Assembly: GCA_030141605.1 (NCBI GenBank) | Contig: JAQGDQ010001291.1 | Coordinates: 1 to 49,415, forward strand | Length of the DNA: 49,415 nucleotides | DNA from: Tubiluchus corallicola | Taxonomy: Eukaryota; Animalia; Priapulida | Direction of reading: 5' to 3' | Shown here: positions 24,741 through 39,129 of the stretch, one piece after another | How the letters are laid out: each line of letters begins with the position of its first letter | Position numbering within the stretch: position 1 is the stretch's first letter | Translations under genes and position numbers: made by a program | The notes under the pieces: model-generated | What the model was told of the DNA's origin: nothing | Database searches by the model: none | What the model saw: the letters and a program-made list of their open reading frames with translations, nothing else

Positions 24741-25512
24741 TTTATTTAATTTTATTTTTTACGCATACAAATAATTTTATTATTCATTTTATGTTTATTT
24801 CAGGTCATAAAAAGTACCATAGTATAATAAACAAAGCTTAGTTAAAAATCACAATAAAAATCTCCTATAAGACAAATGAAACAAAAATTTACACAAACAA
24901 CAGAGAATTAATAAGTTAAATGTGTAAAAAATTGTTAGTAAGTTTAAATTCCCAAAGGACAAATTTATTCAAAGTTAAAATGATATCAGTTATTAGAATA
25001 AAACTGCGTGTGATTTTATTGCTTGAATTTGAAATTCGCTGATGAAGGTTAAAAGTATTTTTGCCTTAAATGACTTTAAAATGATTACAGCCATTTTTGT
25101 CACATATTCTAAATGCTGTGGTGCCCCTACTGTGAGCAAAAAATTTCATTAATGCAAAATAGCAGACCGCTTTTAATTTCCTAGTAGTAAGAACAATAAA
25201 GGTGTATCAGATGTTAGAACAGCAAAAAGCTGAACAATAAGATGTAAACAGAAAACGTTTAACATCAGTTACTATATAAAGCATTAAGTTTGTTAAAAAA
25301 GTTCAAATGTTTGAAGAGAGGCACTACAAGAACAGTAAGGTGATCCTGGAGAACCATCATTATTTTTACAATTTTCAAGTGACAGGTCATAATTTAGCTG
25401 ACTATATCCCATGGGCACGCGAGTTTGGTGAACCGAGCAAGGAAGAAAGATGATTACTATGTTTGTGAAAATCAAAGTAGTTTTTCAGTTTTGTTAACTT
25501 GTTAAAGAAGGT

Positions 25513-26411
25513 ACTAGCTGTGAAACGAAGAACAATGACTCTAAACTAGCTGTGAAATGAAGAACAATGACTCTAAACTAGCTGTGAAATGAAGAACAAT
25601 GACTCTAAACTAGCTGTGAAATGAAGAACAATGACTCTAAACTAGCTGTGAAATGAAGAACAATGACTCTAAACTAGCTGTGAAATGAAGAACAATGACT
25701 CTAAACTAGCTGTGAAATGAAGAACAATGACTCTAAACTAGCTGCGAAATGAAGAACAATGACTCTAAACTAGCTGTGAAATGAAGAACAATGACTCTAA
25801 ACTAGCTGTGAAATGAAGAACAATGACTCTAAACTAGCTGCGAAATGAAGAACAATGACTCTAAACTAGCTGCGAAATGAAGAACAATGACTCTAAACTA
25901 GCTGTGAAATGAAGAACAATGACGCTAAACTAGCTGTGAAATGAAGAACAATGACTCTAAACTAGCTGTGAAATGAAGAACAATGACTCTAAACTAGCTG
26001 TGAAATGAAGAACAATGACTCTAAACTAGCTGCGAAATGAAGAACAATGGCTCTAAACTGGCTGTGAAATGAAGAACAATGACTCTAAACTAGCTGTGAA
26101 ATGAAGAACAATGACTGTAAACTAGCTGTGAAATGAAGAACAATGACTCTAAACTAGCTGTGAAATGAAGAACAATGATTCTAAACTAGCTGTGAAATGA
26201 AGAACAATGACTCTAAACTAGCTGTGAAATGAAGAACAATGACTCTAAACTAGCTGTGAAATGAAGAACAATGACTCTAAACTAGCTGTGAAATGAAGAA
26301 CAATGACTCTAAACTAGCTGTGAAATGAAGAACAATGACTCTGAACTAGCTGCGAAATGAAGAACAATGACTCTAAACTAGCTGTGAAATGAAGAACAAT
26401 GACTCTAAACT
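25513..26411. repeat. 32-bp tandem repeat, about 28 copies, ending at the arm breakpoint
   Basis: Unit CTAGCTGTGAAATGAAGAACAATGACTCTAAA with no intervening spacers. Confidence 0.97.
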
Positions 26412-26655
26412 GAGCGAAATATTATAGAAGATAAGTTCTTGAAAACCAATTGCAGCTTTCTAAAGAAATAGAGAAAGCCATCAATCTTACAGAGGTTCTG
26501 AAGGTTCAAGGAACCTCTAATCACAGTTGCCTCGAGGTGCTATCAATCTTGCTGGTTTGTTTTTTACCATAATGTTCTGTTTTTGGATCCTCGATCCAGC
26601 AAGACAAAAAACTTGTAACAAGACATAGGTGAGAACCATCGAACGTAAATAATTT

Positions 26656-28189
26656 TGCAGGAAGGATACAAATTGTATTGTATGTTAGGAATTCATCTGC
26701 AGGAAGGATACAAATTGTATTGTATGTTAGGAATTCATCTGCAGGAAGGATACAAATTGTATTGTATGTTAGGAATTCATCTGCAGGAAGGATACAAATT
26801 GTATTGTATGTTAGGAATTCATCTGCAGGAAGGATACAAATTGTATTGTATGTTAGGAATTCATCTGCAGGAAGGATACAAATTGTATTGTATGTTAGGA
26901 ATTCATCTGCAGGAAGGATACAAATTGTATTGTATGATAGGAATTCATCTGCCGGAAGGATACAAGTTGTATTGTATGTTTGGAATTCAACTGCAGGAAG
27001 GATACAAGTTGTATTGTATGTTTGGAATTCATCTGCAGGAAGGATACAAATTGTATTGTATGTTAGGAATTCATCTGCAGGAAGGATACAAATTGTATTG
27101 TATGTTAGGAATTCATCTGCAGGAAGGATACAAATTGTATTGTATGGATACAAATTGTATTGTATGTTAGGAATTCATCTGCAGGAAGGATACAAATTGT
27201 ATTGTATGATAGGAATTCATCTGCCGGAAGGATACAAGTTGTATTGTATGTTTGGAATTCAACTGCAGGAAGGATACAAGTTGTATTGTATGTTTGGAAT
27301 TCATCTGCAGGAAGGATACAAGTTGTATTGTATGTTAGGAATTCATCTGCAGGAAGGATACAAATTGTATTGTATGTTAGGAATTCATCTGCAGGAAGGA
27401 TACAAATTGTATTGTATGTTAGGAATTCATCTGCAGGAAGGATACAAATTGTATTGTATGTTAGGAATTCATCTGCAGGAAGGATACAAATTGTATTGTA
27501 TGTTAGGAATTCATCTGCAGGAAGGATACAAATTGTATTGTATGTTTGGAATTCATCTGCAGGAAGGATACAAATTGTATTGTATGTCTGGAATTCATCT
27601 GCAGGAAGGATACAAATTGTATTGTATATTAGGAATTCATCTGCAGGAAGGATACAAATTGTATTGTATGTTAGGAATTCATCTGCAGGAAGGATACAAA
27701 TTGTATTGTATGTTAGGAATTCATCTGCAGGAAGGATACAAATTGTATTGTATGTTTGGAATTCATCTGCAGGAAGGATACAAGTTGTATTGTATGATAG
27801 GAATTCATCTGCAGGAAGGATACAAGTTGTATTGTATGTTAGGAATTCATCTGCAGGAAGGCTACAAATTGTATTGTATGTTAGGAATTCATCTGCAGGA
27901 AGGATACAAATTGTATTGTATGATAGGAATTCATCTGCCGGAAGGATACAAGTTGTATTGTATGTTTGGAATTCAACTGCAGGAAGGATACAAGTTGTAT
28001 TGTATGTTAGGAATTCATCTGCAGGAAGGATACAAGCTGTATTGTATGTTTGGAATTCAACTGCAGGAAGGATACAAGTTGAATTGTATGATAGGAATTC
28101 ATCTGCAGGAAGGATACAAGCTGTATTGTATGTTTGGAATTCAACTGCAGGAAGGATACAAGTTGTATTGTATGTTTGGAATTCAACTG
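26656..28189. repeat. 42-bp tandem repeat, about 36.5 copies, longer right-arm version
   Basis: 440 bp longer than the left copy; truncated unit at the 27145/27146 seam. Confidence 0.98.
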
Positions 28190-29277
28190 GATATTTGTAG
28201 CAATTTAAACATTCTGCAGCAAAAGGACAGAATGACAACTTTGAATAAATCGAACAGCACGTTACTCAAGGAAAAAGAATAAAAAAAACACAGAACAAAT
28301 GGGAATGGCAAACTGTGACTATGATAGTTACTGTGTAAACAAGGTAGTACAAAGGAGATTTTAATTTGCATACAAAACAGCAAAACTTTAATTTTACTAC
28401 TAATCAACTAAACAATTTGGGCCAGAACTGTAGGTGTGTTATACAGGGGGTTAGTTAAACATAACTTCTTGCAATAAATAGTCAAATGTTACGGGTGAAC
28501 GTACTCGTATAATTGAAAAAGTCACGTGACACCTCAACATTTAAATCTTTGAAAGTCAGGCTGTAACTGTCTCTTTCAATTCTTTGCTGTAGCTGTTTTT
28601 CTCTCTTAAAACTTTTAATTATTTTTTTACAATTTCTCCTCTTTCAAGCCCAACCTATCCCAGTAGATAACAAAAGCACGTCTGCATAATGTCACCATAA
28701 TTTGACTGACATGCTTGTTGAACAGTAATTGCCAGAGTGGGATGGAGTAATGTTTCATGTCGTCTAAACGCACGTCAGTTCCAGTTGGACACTTTAAAAC
28801 CTGATCGTGTAAACGGGCCCTAAGTGACGTACCCACGAAAAACAGATTTATGAGTACAATAAATAACTCATACAGGGAGTTTGGTAGACAATAGCTCAAT
28901 AAGCAAGTATCCCAATGCTTCTCATTCCGGACTAGTTTGAAATTGTATCTGACAAACAACTTGTAGGAATTTAATGTTCAGTAAAACAATATAAAATTAT
29001 TTTACCAAACAAACTGTATTATATTGGCTAGTGGCACTTTTATAACAAATAGGACATACAATCTTACAATCTAGAATGGGGTATTTTGTGACCCGATCCG
29101 TTATGAGGAAATTATAATCATTGAAGAAAATTCAACTTTGTACTTTTTATCCACGGTTAGAGAAGTAACGATACTGAGTGACTGTAATGAATTCTTAGTT
29201 CTGCAACTAACTTCTCATTTCGGTCGTTTTCTTGTTTTGTTTGTTGTAGTTGTTGTTTGTTGTCTTTTTTGAGTTAA

Positions 29278-29955
29278 AGGACAAGAAAAGGGGCAACTGA
29301 TGTAGGTTTCAGAAAAATCGTCTTGAAAATTATATTATATTATATTAATTATATTACTTTGTATCAATTTTATGCATATGTCCTACTCGCACTGAACACA
29401 GTATAAAACGTGTAAATTTAAACTCCCGCGATGACCGTTAGGCGCAGCCATTTTAATGGCAGGTCGTTTGAAACAAGTTTAGATAACATTGAGCAAAGTT
29501 TGAAAAAATAATCAGAGCATTCGTTGCATACATGTTGCTAATTAAGTAAAATTTCTAATTACTGTATCTTGTCAATAAGATTAAAAATACGTTTTTGGTT
29601 AGTGAGTGGCGCACCATGGAGGGTGAGTCAGCGACATTTTAGCAATTGGCACAAACATTTTAAGTTATTATCTCTAGATACATAAGTCATTCCAGCAGGT
29701 AAGCGAAATGCTAAGTAATATAGATTTGCATGGAAAGTTTTTTGGGACATAATTTAACATTGTCTTTTCTTCCCCTGATTTACAGGGTAATGACGTCATG
29801 TAATGGCGCCGTCGGAACAGCATTGCGGGAGATTTAAGATGAAAACAAACGAAAATTCCTTCCAACGCGAGTACGATATGTGCATAAAATTGCTGTAAAC
29901 TAGTATAATTTTTAGGGCGATATTTCTGAAACCTACTTCAGGTGCCCCTTGTCCT
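29278..29955. mobile_element. TTAA-target MITE, mirror copy
   Basis: Mirror of 19460-20137 with one substitution seen. Confidence 0.8.
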
Positions 29956-30012
29956 TTAAGCTTTATGTAAGTGGGGGGATTTCTTGTGCTTTATAAATTC
30001 TCTGATTTGCAG

Positions 30013-30089
30013 ATTCGGAAGACAAAATGTGGCTTGGCTGTTTCTGTCTATTACGAATCAAATTTGACGAACTTCAGCCATATCAGAAG
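30013..30089 (+). CDS. TTLL4: Inverted duplicate of TTLL4-like exon I (partial copy lacking exons G and H)
   Basis: Mirror of 19326-19402 with intact splice sites. Confidence 0.75.
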
Positions 30090-31760
30090 GTGAGTTCAGA
30101 ACCTGATTAGATTGTAGAATTCAATAACATGCAAAACATATGTCATGTGAGCAAGGTGGCATTGTACATTGTAGTGAGGTGCTGCCATCTATGTGCCAAT
30201 CTTGTTACATTCTACTAGCTGAGTTACCTTCAGTATAATTGTATGGTGAATACATACACACTGGTCCTCTCCCTATTTTAAATTAATGGTTGTTGTGAAG
30301 CCTGTGAAGACTGTTTTTGCTTTCTAGTTTTTGCTCAATGTTCACTGCAGCAGTTTTGCTACTCATGTTTTCTCTATAAACACTAAATAAACACTTTTCT
30401 GTTGTGTGCAGTGCAAATATTTATTATAGATTTTTGGTTCTTATCCATACTTTTCTGTGTTTAAACTCAATCATAACAACAACTTCAATAATGACTTTCA
30501 CATCATGTATTTGAACCATTATACCCACTTATATGTGCCTCCTTTGTTCAGATGTTTTCTATGTCGTTTTCTTGTCTTTTGTAATTTCTTTCCTTAATGG
30601 TTTAATAAATAAATAAATTAATTAAAACAATTAGAAATTTTAAAAAATAGATTGCACTTCGCTGGGACTCGAACCGAGACATACTGCATTCCTTGCAGCT
30701 ATGCTATCCACTAGACCACAGAGGCTCTTTTCATACTTGGACATATAAACTACTTGAGGTCTATCAACAAGCCAAGAAACGCTCGAAAGCAATACTAAAT
30801 TAGACAGTCTGAAAAAGTTTTGCACGTTTTCTTAAATTCGAACTCAGATCTTCTGCTTCCGGGCAGTCATACTTATTTCTATTGCACAGTGGTGGTAAAA
30901 GCTCATTGGTTAAAGCACAACTGGACGAAATTTTAATTTAAGGTCCAAAATACAAATTTTCTTGCCTACAAAAGTTAATTAACAGCAACCGAACGCATCT
31001 ATTGCTTATGTAAAAAAACTAACCACAGGCACTGCATGCGCAGCATCTCCTTTTAAAGACAAATCCTTCGTCACATTGCCTACCTCAAGCTTTGTCTTCT
31101 TTTGTGGGAGACATCATGAGGGGCCAGGGTACCAGTGCGTGTGCAGCATCTCGTTTTAAAGACACATCCTTCGTCACATTGCCTACCTCTAGCTCTGTCT
31201 TCTTTTGTGGGGGATTTCAAGAGAGGCCAGGGTACCAGTGCGTGCACAGCATCTCGTTTTAAAGACAAATCCTTCGTCACATTGCCTACCTCTAGCTCTG
31301 TCTTTTTTTGTGGGGGATTTCAAGAGAGGCCAGGGTACCACTGCGTGCACAGCATCTCGTTTTAAAGACAAATCCTTCGTCACATTGCCTACCTCTAGCT
31401 CTGTTTTCTTTTGTGGGGGATTTCAAGAGAGGCCAGGGTACCACTGCGTGCACAGCATCTCGTTTTAAAGACAAAATCCTTCGTCACATTGCCTACCTCT
31501 AGCTCTGTCTTCTTTTGTGGGAGATTTCAAGAGAGGCCAGGGTACCACTGCGTGCACAGCATCTCGTTTTAAAGACAAAATCCTTCATCTAGTTAAGCCA
31601 AACAGACAGGTTGCTTCAAGTACAGGATCCAGTAGCGGCTCGTAGTTAAATTTACTGGGGTTGCCGCTTCAGAAATTTTTAGCCATTGTTTTAATACTGT
31701 GTGAAACGAAACTAACATGTAATTTAAATGCAAATAAACGGGATGGTTTTTATATTTCAG

Positions 31761-31958
31761 CTTAACCACTTTCCCGGTTCGCGACAGGAAACTTGCAGGA
31801 AGGACAATTTCTGGAGGAACATAAAATTTCTAATTTCCAAATATGGAACAGAAGATTTTAGTTTCATTCCGCTTACGTTTATCCTACCTGCTGAAAAGAA
31901 GGCATTCAAAAGATATTTAAAAGAAAATCCTAAAGAAAGGCTATGGATTTATAAACCG
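31761..31958 (+). CDS. TTLL4: Inverted duplicate of TTLL4-like exon J
   Basis: Mirror of 17458-17655; lies in ORF 31728-31976. Confidence 0.8.
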
Positions 31959-32280
31959 GTATTTAGAACACCCTAACATTGTTAGATTCTAAATAATTAT
32001 TATTACTCCTATGATACAGCAAAGCATCCAGCGTCTGGTGTTTCCAAGTGTGTCAGTGGGTGATGAAACCAAAGATTTTGGGTAGCGGACCTTGTAAGCT
32101 CTTCCTGTATTTGAACTCCTTGCATTCAGCCTTACCAGCCAATGATGGCCTGCTAATTCTTATTGAAATAAATAACGTAAAATGGACACCATTGCAAAAG
32201 TAAATTTGATGTCGCCCATTTTATTTTTTGGTGACAAACATAGAAACTGGACGCCAAGCGATTTGTTATTAACTTGTTGC

Positions 32281-35200
32281 CAAGGCAGGCAGTATGGTAC
32301 GGTAGGAAAAAATGCTTAAAAGTACGGTACGGAGGAAAAATGCTTAAAAGTACGGTACGGTAAGAAAAAATGCTTAAAAGTATGGTACGGTAGGAAAAAA
32401 TGCTTAAAAGTACGGAACGGTAGGAAAACATGCTTTTAAAAAAGTACGGTAAATGCTTAAAAGTACGGTACAGAGGGAAAAATGCTTAAAAGTACGGTAT
32501 GGTAAGAAAAAATGCTTAAAAGTACTGTATGGTAGGAAAAAATGCTTAAAAGTACGGTACGGTAGGAAAACATGCTTAAAAGTACGGTATGGTAGGAAAA
32601 CATGCTTAAAAGTACGGTACGGTAGGGAGAAATGGTTAAAAGTACGGTACGGTAGGAAAAAATGCTTAAAAGTACGGTATGGTAGGAAAAAATGCTTAAA
32701 AGTACGGTACAGAGGGAAAAATGGTTAAAAGTACGGTATGGTAGGAAAAAATGCTTAAAAGTACGGTATGGAGGGAAAAATGCTTAAAAGTACGGTACGG
32801 TAAGAAAAAATTCTTAAAAGTACGGTATGGTAGGAAAAAATGCTTAAAAGTACGGTATGGTAGGAAAAAATGCTTAAAAGTACGGTACAGAGGGAGAAAT
32901 GGTTAAAAGTACGGTATGGTAGGAAAAAATGCTTAAAAGTACGGTATGGAGGGAAAAATGCTTAAAAGTACGGTACGGTAAGAAAAAATTCTTAAAAGTA
33001 CGGTATGGTAGGAAAAAATGCTTAAAAGTACGGTATGGAGGGAAAAATGCTTAAAAGTACGGTACGGTAAGAAAAAATTCTTAAAAGTACGGTATGGTAG
33101 GAAAAAATGCTTAAATGTACGGTACGGTAGGAAAACATGCTTAAAAGTACGGTACAGTAGGGATAAATGGTTAAAAGTACGGTACGGTAGGAAAAATGCT
33201 TAAAAGTACGGTACGGTAGGAAAAATTGCTTAAAAGTACGGCACGGTAGGAAAAAATGCTTAAGAGTACGGTACAGTAGAAAAAAATGCTTAAAAGTACG
33301 GTACAGTAGGAAGAAATGCTTAAAAGTACGGTATGGTAGGAAAAATGTTTTAAAGTACGGTACGGTAGGAAAAAAATGCTTAAAAGTACGGTACGGTAGG
33401 GAGAAATGCTTAAAAGTACGGTACAGTAGAAAAAATGCAAAAAAGTAAGGTACGGTAGGAAAAAAATGCTTAAAAGTATGGTACAGCAGGAAAAAATGCT
33501 TAAAAGTACAGCACGGTAAGAAAACAGCACAACATTTTTTCAACAGTACGGCACGATACGAAATTACAGAATTTTTCGTAGCTTTATCGTACCTTTCCGT
33601 ACCATTTATCCCAAATTTTTTGTATGGTTTCTACTGGACAGCAACTCAATGTGACGATTTATTTTGCTCCTGTGTGCACCTCACTGTTCTCCAATAATTA
33701 ACACAGAGTAAATTGCTGCCTTTTGAGTGCAAACTGCAAAAACACAAGTTGTTTGGAAGCTGGAATTGTCATTTACCGTAATTGATCCAAATTCATATAA
33801 CGGCGTTATTTTAACTACAATTTCTAGCTATTGTGCAGTAATTTACTGCACATCTCAAGCTACGCATATTCTACTGAAGCAAGAAAAGTTTAAGTCGCTA
33901 ATGATGAATGCGGGCAACTTTGCCGATCTGTACAAAACCGTAACGATGCTTAAAAAGGCAGTACGTAAGTGATATAAAAGTTCAAGAGGAAATTTTAAGC
34001 TTTATATAAGTGGATGGTTTTCTTGTGCTTTAATGACTATAGCAGCTATAATTATTTTGTATAAAAAACTCTTTACCTGTTTTTACTAGATTCTACACGA
34101 ACTTGGTACTAAATTAAGGTACTATATTTTATTGTACTAGTATGGTACGATTGGATTTTGTAGGTACAGGAATTACGAACGGTATTTTTTAGAGGTACGA
34201 AGTACGATATTTTTTCGTGTCCTACCATACTGCCAGCCTTGCTTACTGCCCAGCAAACCCTGAACGCAAGACGTTGAATGCTTTGATAAATCATTGGCTG
34301 TACCATACTGCCAGCCTTGCTTACTGCCCAGCAAACCCTGAACGCAAGACGTTGAATGCTTTGATAAATCATTGGCTGTACCATACTGCCAGCCTTGCTT
34401 ACTGCCCAGCAAACCCTGAACGCAAGACGTTGAATGCTTTGATAAATCATTGGCTGTACCATACTGCCAGCCTTGCTTACTGCCCAGCAAACCCTGAACG
34501 CAAGACGTTGAATGCTTTGATAAATCATTGGCTGTACCATACTGCCAGCCTTGCTTACTGCCCAGCAAACCCTGAACGCAAGACGTTGAATGCTTTGATA
34601 AATCATTGGCTGTACCATACTGCCAGCCTTGCTTACTGCCCAGCAAACCCTGAACGCAAGACGTTGAATGCTTTGATAAATCATTGGCTGTACCATACTG
34701 CCAGCCTTGCTTACTGCCCAGCAAACCCTGAACGCAAGACGTTGGATGCTTTGATAAATCATTGGCTGTACCATACTGCCAGCCTTGCTTATTGCCCAGC
34801 AAACCCTGAACGCAAGACGTTGGATGCTTTGATAAATCATTGGCTGTACCATACTGCCAGCCTTGCTTATTGCCCAGCAAACCCTGAACGCAAGACGTTG
34901 GATGCTTTGATGAATCATTGACCGTACCATACTGCCAGCCTTGCTTATTGCCCAGCAAACCCTGAACGCAAGACGCTGGATGCTTTGATAAATCATTGGC
35001 CGTACCATACTGCCAGCCTTGCTTATTGCCCAGCAAACCCTGAACGCAAGACGTTGGATGCTTTGATAAATCATTGGCTGTACCATACTGCCAGCCTTGC
35101 TTATTGCCCAGCAAACCCTGAACGCAAGACGCTGGATGCTTTGATGAATCATTGACCGTACCATACTGCCAGCTTTGCTTATTGCTCAGCAAACCCTGAA

Positions 35201-35490
35201 CACAAGACGCTGGATGCTTTGATGAATCATTGACTGTAACATACTGTCAGCCTTGCTTTCTGCCCAGCAAACCCTGAACGCAAGACGCTGGATGCTTTGA
35301 TAAATCATTGACCGTATCATACGGCCAGCCTTGCTTATTGCCCAGCAAACCCTGAGCGCAAGACGCTGGAAGCTTTGATGAATCATTGACCGTGCCATAC
35401 TGCCAGCCTTGCTTATTGAACAGCAAACCCTGAACGCAAGAACGTTGGATGCTTTGATGAATCATTGGCCGTACCATACTGCCAGCCTTG
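32281..35490. mobile_element. hAT-like element, mirror copy
   Basis: Mirror of 13926-17135. Confidence 0.75.
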
Positions 35491-35498
35491 CTTATTGC
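34223..35498. repeat. 78-bp tandem repeat, mirror copy
   Basis: Mirror with 3 substitutions seen. Confidence 0.97.
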
Positions 35499-35589
35499 TG
35501 ATAAAAATGTGAAATAGAATCCTTTCCGGTTTAAGAACTTTTGCTTCACACTGAAGGCTTATAGTAAGGCACAAACTTACTATACTTAC

Positions 35590-35691
35590 TTGTTTCAAAT
35601 TTACCATATGATGGTATTTTTCTTCGGAAATAATCCGAGATGTTAGATAATTTTGGTTCTATAGTTTTGTTCTCGCAGAAAAAATAAATAG
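35590..35691 (-). CDS. Mirror of putative exon F; its phase-1 donor fits the phase-1 acceptor at 24430
   Basis: Mirror of 13725-13826. Confidence 0.6.
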
Positions 35692-36127
35692 CTAAGAAGA
35701 AAGAAAAACTGAGAGGATAGATGGATGGATGAATAAAAGGAATGAGTAAATGGATGAATAAAAGGCATGAGTGAATGGATGAACGAATGACTCAATAAAT
35801 TAACGAACAAATAACTACATATAAGACTGTAAGAGGATGGATGGATAAAAGGGATGAGTGAATAAATTAATGAACGAATGAGTGAGTGAAATTACGAATG
35901 TATGAATTGATGATGAAAACGAAGGAATAAATGAATGAAGGATGAACGGATGAATAAATGCATGAATAGCGAATGGATAATTAATCCTAAGAGATCTTGA
36001 TGACAACCTTTGCTTCATAGAGTAAGTCACTTTATGATCATTCTGATTATACAGCTCAATAATCTAATCCATTTCAGAAACATCATTAATGTTAAAAATG
36101 CTTCAGTATAAAAATTCAGCTGGAGAT

Positions 36128-39100
36128 CTTGCACCATTACACACTTGTACTCGTATTTCTACACTATAATTCGTAGACTATTACTGCATTAGTTCTCTAG
36201 ACAATACTTGCACCATTACACACTTGTACTCGTATTTCTACACTATAATTCGTAGACTATTACTGCAGTAGTTCTCTAGACAATACTTTCACCATTACAC
36301 ACTTGTACTCGTATTTCTACACTATAATTCGTAGACTATTACTGCATTAGTTCTCTAGACAATACTTTCACCATTACACACTTGTACTCGTATTTCTACA
36401 CTATAATTCGTAGACTATTACTGCATTAGTTCTCTAGACAATACTTTCACCATTACACACTTGTACTCGTATTTCTACACTATAATTCGTAGACTATTAC
36501 TGCAGTAGTTCTCTAGACAATACTTGCACCATTACACACTTGTACTCGTATTTCTACACTATAATTCGTAGACTATTACTGCATTAGTTCTCTAGACAAT
36601 ACTTGCACCATTACACACTTGTACTCGTATTTCTACACTATAATTCGTAGACTATTACTGCATTAGTTCTCTAGACAATACTTGCACCATTACACACTTG
36701 TACTCGTATTTCTACACTATAATTCGTAGACTATTACTGCATTAGTTCTCTAGACAATACTTGCACCATTACACACTTGTACTCGTATTTCTACACTATA
36801 ATTCGTAGACTATTACTGCATTAGTTCTCTAGACAATACTTGCACCATTACACACTTGTACTCGTATTTCTACACTATAATTCGTAGACTATTACTGCAT
36901 TAGTTCTCTAGACAATACTTGCACCATTACACACTTGTACTCGTATTTCTACACTATAATTCGTAGACTATTACTGCATTAGTTCTCTAGACAATACTTG
37001 CACCATTACACACTTGTACTCGTATTTCTACACTATAATTCGTAGACTATTACTGCATTAGTTCTCTAGACAATACTTGCACCATTACACACTTGTACTC
37101 GTATTTCTATACTATAATTCGTAGACTATTACTGCATTAGTTCTCTAGACAATACTTGCACCATTACACACTTGTACTCGTATTTCTACACTATAATTCG
37201 TAGACTATTACTGCATTAGTTCTCTAGACAATACTTGCACCATTACACACTTGTACTCGTATTTCTACACTATAATTCGTAGACTATTACTGCATTAGTT
37301 CTCTAGACAATACTTGCACCATTACACACTTGTACTCGTATTTCTACACTATAATTCGTAGACTATTACTGCAGTAGTTCTCTAGACAATACTTGCACCA
37401 TTACACACTTGTACTCGTATTTCTACACTATAATTCGTAGACTATTACTGCATTAGTTCTCTAGACAATACTTGCACCATTACACACTTGTACTCGTATT
37501 TCTACACTATAATTCGTAGACTATTACTGCATTAGTTCTCTAGACAATACTTGCACCATTACACACTTGTACTCGTATTTCTACACTATAATTCGTAGAC
37601 TATTACTGCAGTAGTTCTCTAGACAATACTTGCACCATTACACACTTGTACTCGTATTTCTACACTATAATTCGTAGACTATTACTGCATTAGTTCTCTA
37701 GACAATACTTGCACCATTACACACTTGTACTCGTATTTCTACACTATAATTCGTAGACTATTACTGCAGTAGTTCTCTAGACAATACTTGCACCATTACA
37801 CACTTGTACTCGTATTTCTACACTATAATTCGTAGACTATTACTGCAGTAGTTCTCTAGACAATACTTGCACCATTACACACTTGTACTCGTATTTCTAC
37901 ACTATAATTCGTAGACTATTACTGCATTAGTTCTCTAGACAATACTTGCACCATTACACACTTGTACTCGTATTTCTACACTATAATTCGTAGACTATTA
38001 CTGCATTAGTTCTCTAGACAATACTTGCACCATTACACACTTGTACTCGTATTTCTACACTATAATTCGTAGACTATTACTGCATTAGTTCTCTAGACAA
38101 TACTTGCACCATTACACACTTGTACTCGTATTTCTACACTATAATTCGTAGACTATTACTGCATTAGTTCTCTAGACAATACTTGCACCATTACACACTT
38201 GTACTCGTATTTCTACACTATAATAGGTAGACTATTACTGCATTAGTTCTCTAGACAATACTTGCACCATTACACACTTGTACTCGTATTTCTACACTAT
38301 AATTCGTAGACTATTACTGCAATAGTTCTCTAGACAATACTTGCACCATTACACACTTGTACTCGTATTTCTACACTATAATTCTTAGACTATTACTGCA
38401 TTAGTTCTCTAGACAATACTTGCACCATTACACACTTGTACTCGTATTTCTACACTATAATTCGTAGACTATTACTGCAGTAGTTCTCTAGACAATACTT
38501 GCACCATTACACACTTGTACTCGTATTTCTACACTATAATTCGTAGACTATTGCTGCATTAGTTCTCTAGACAATACTTGCACCATTACACACTTGTACT
38601 CGTATTTCTACACTATAATTCGTAGACTATTACTGCAGTAGTTCTCTAGACAATACTTGCACCATTACACACTTGTACTCGTATTTCTACACTATAATTC
38701 GTAGACTATTACTGCAGTAGTTCTCTAGACAATACTTGCACCATTACACACTTGTACTCGTATTTCTACACTATAATTCGTAGACTATTACTGCATTAGT
38801 TCTCTAGACAATACTTGCACCATTACACACTTGTACTCGTATTTCTACACTATAATTCGTAGACTATTACTGCAGTAGTTCTCTAGACAATACTTGCACC
38901 ATTACACACTTGTACTCGTATTTCTACACTATAATTCTTAGACTATTACTGCATTAGTTCTCTAGACAATACTTGCACTATTACACACTTGTACTCGTAT
39001 TTCTACACTATAATTCGTAGACTATTACTGCAGTAGTTCTCTAGACAATACTTGCACCATTATACACTTGTACTCGTATTTCTACACTATAATTCTTAGA

Positions 39101-39129
39101 CTATTACTGCATTAGTTCTCTAGACAATA
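36128..39129. repeat. 79-bp tandem repeat, mirror copy
   Basis: Same length and same rare variant units as the left copy. Confidence 0.98.

Larger units (their letters stand above)
22558..26417. other. Unique non-palindromic spacer (3,860 bp) with two TTLL4-like exons, microsatellites and a 32-bp array
   Basis: No mirrored counterpart; ORFs in this interval have no mirrored partner in the track. Confidence 0.97.

Noticed and set aside
25293-25475. 60-aa spacer ORF as the first TTLL exon
   Set aside because: It ends in a stop with no convincing phase-1 donor and no recognisable similarity; not fully excluded.
25513-26411. 32-bp repeats as a CRISPR array
   Set aside because: Units are head to tail with no unique spacers, no cas genes are present, and the context is eukaryotic.
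32195-32235. KSKFDVAHFIF as the TTL KFDLR exon
   Set aside because: Stops lie close on both sides, there are no fitting splice sites, and similarity is limited to KFD.
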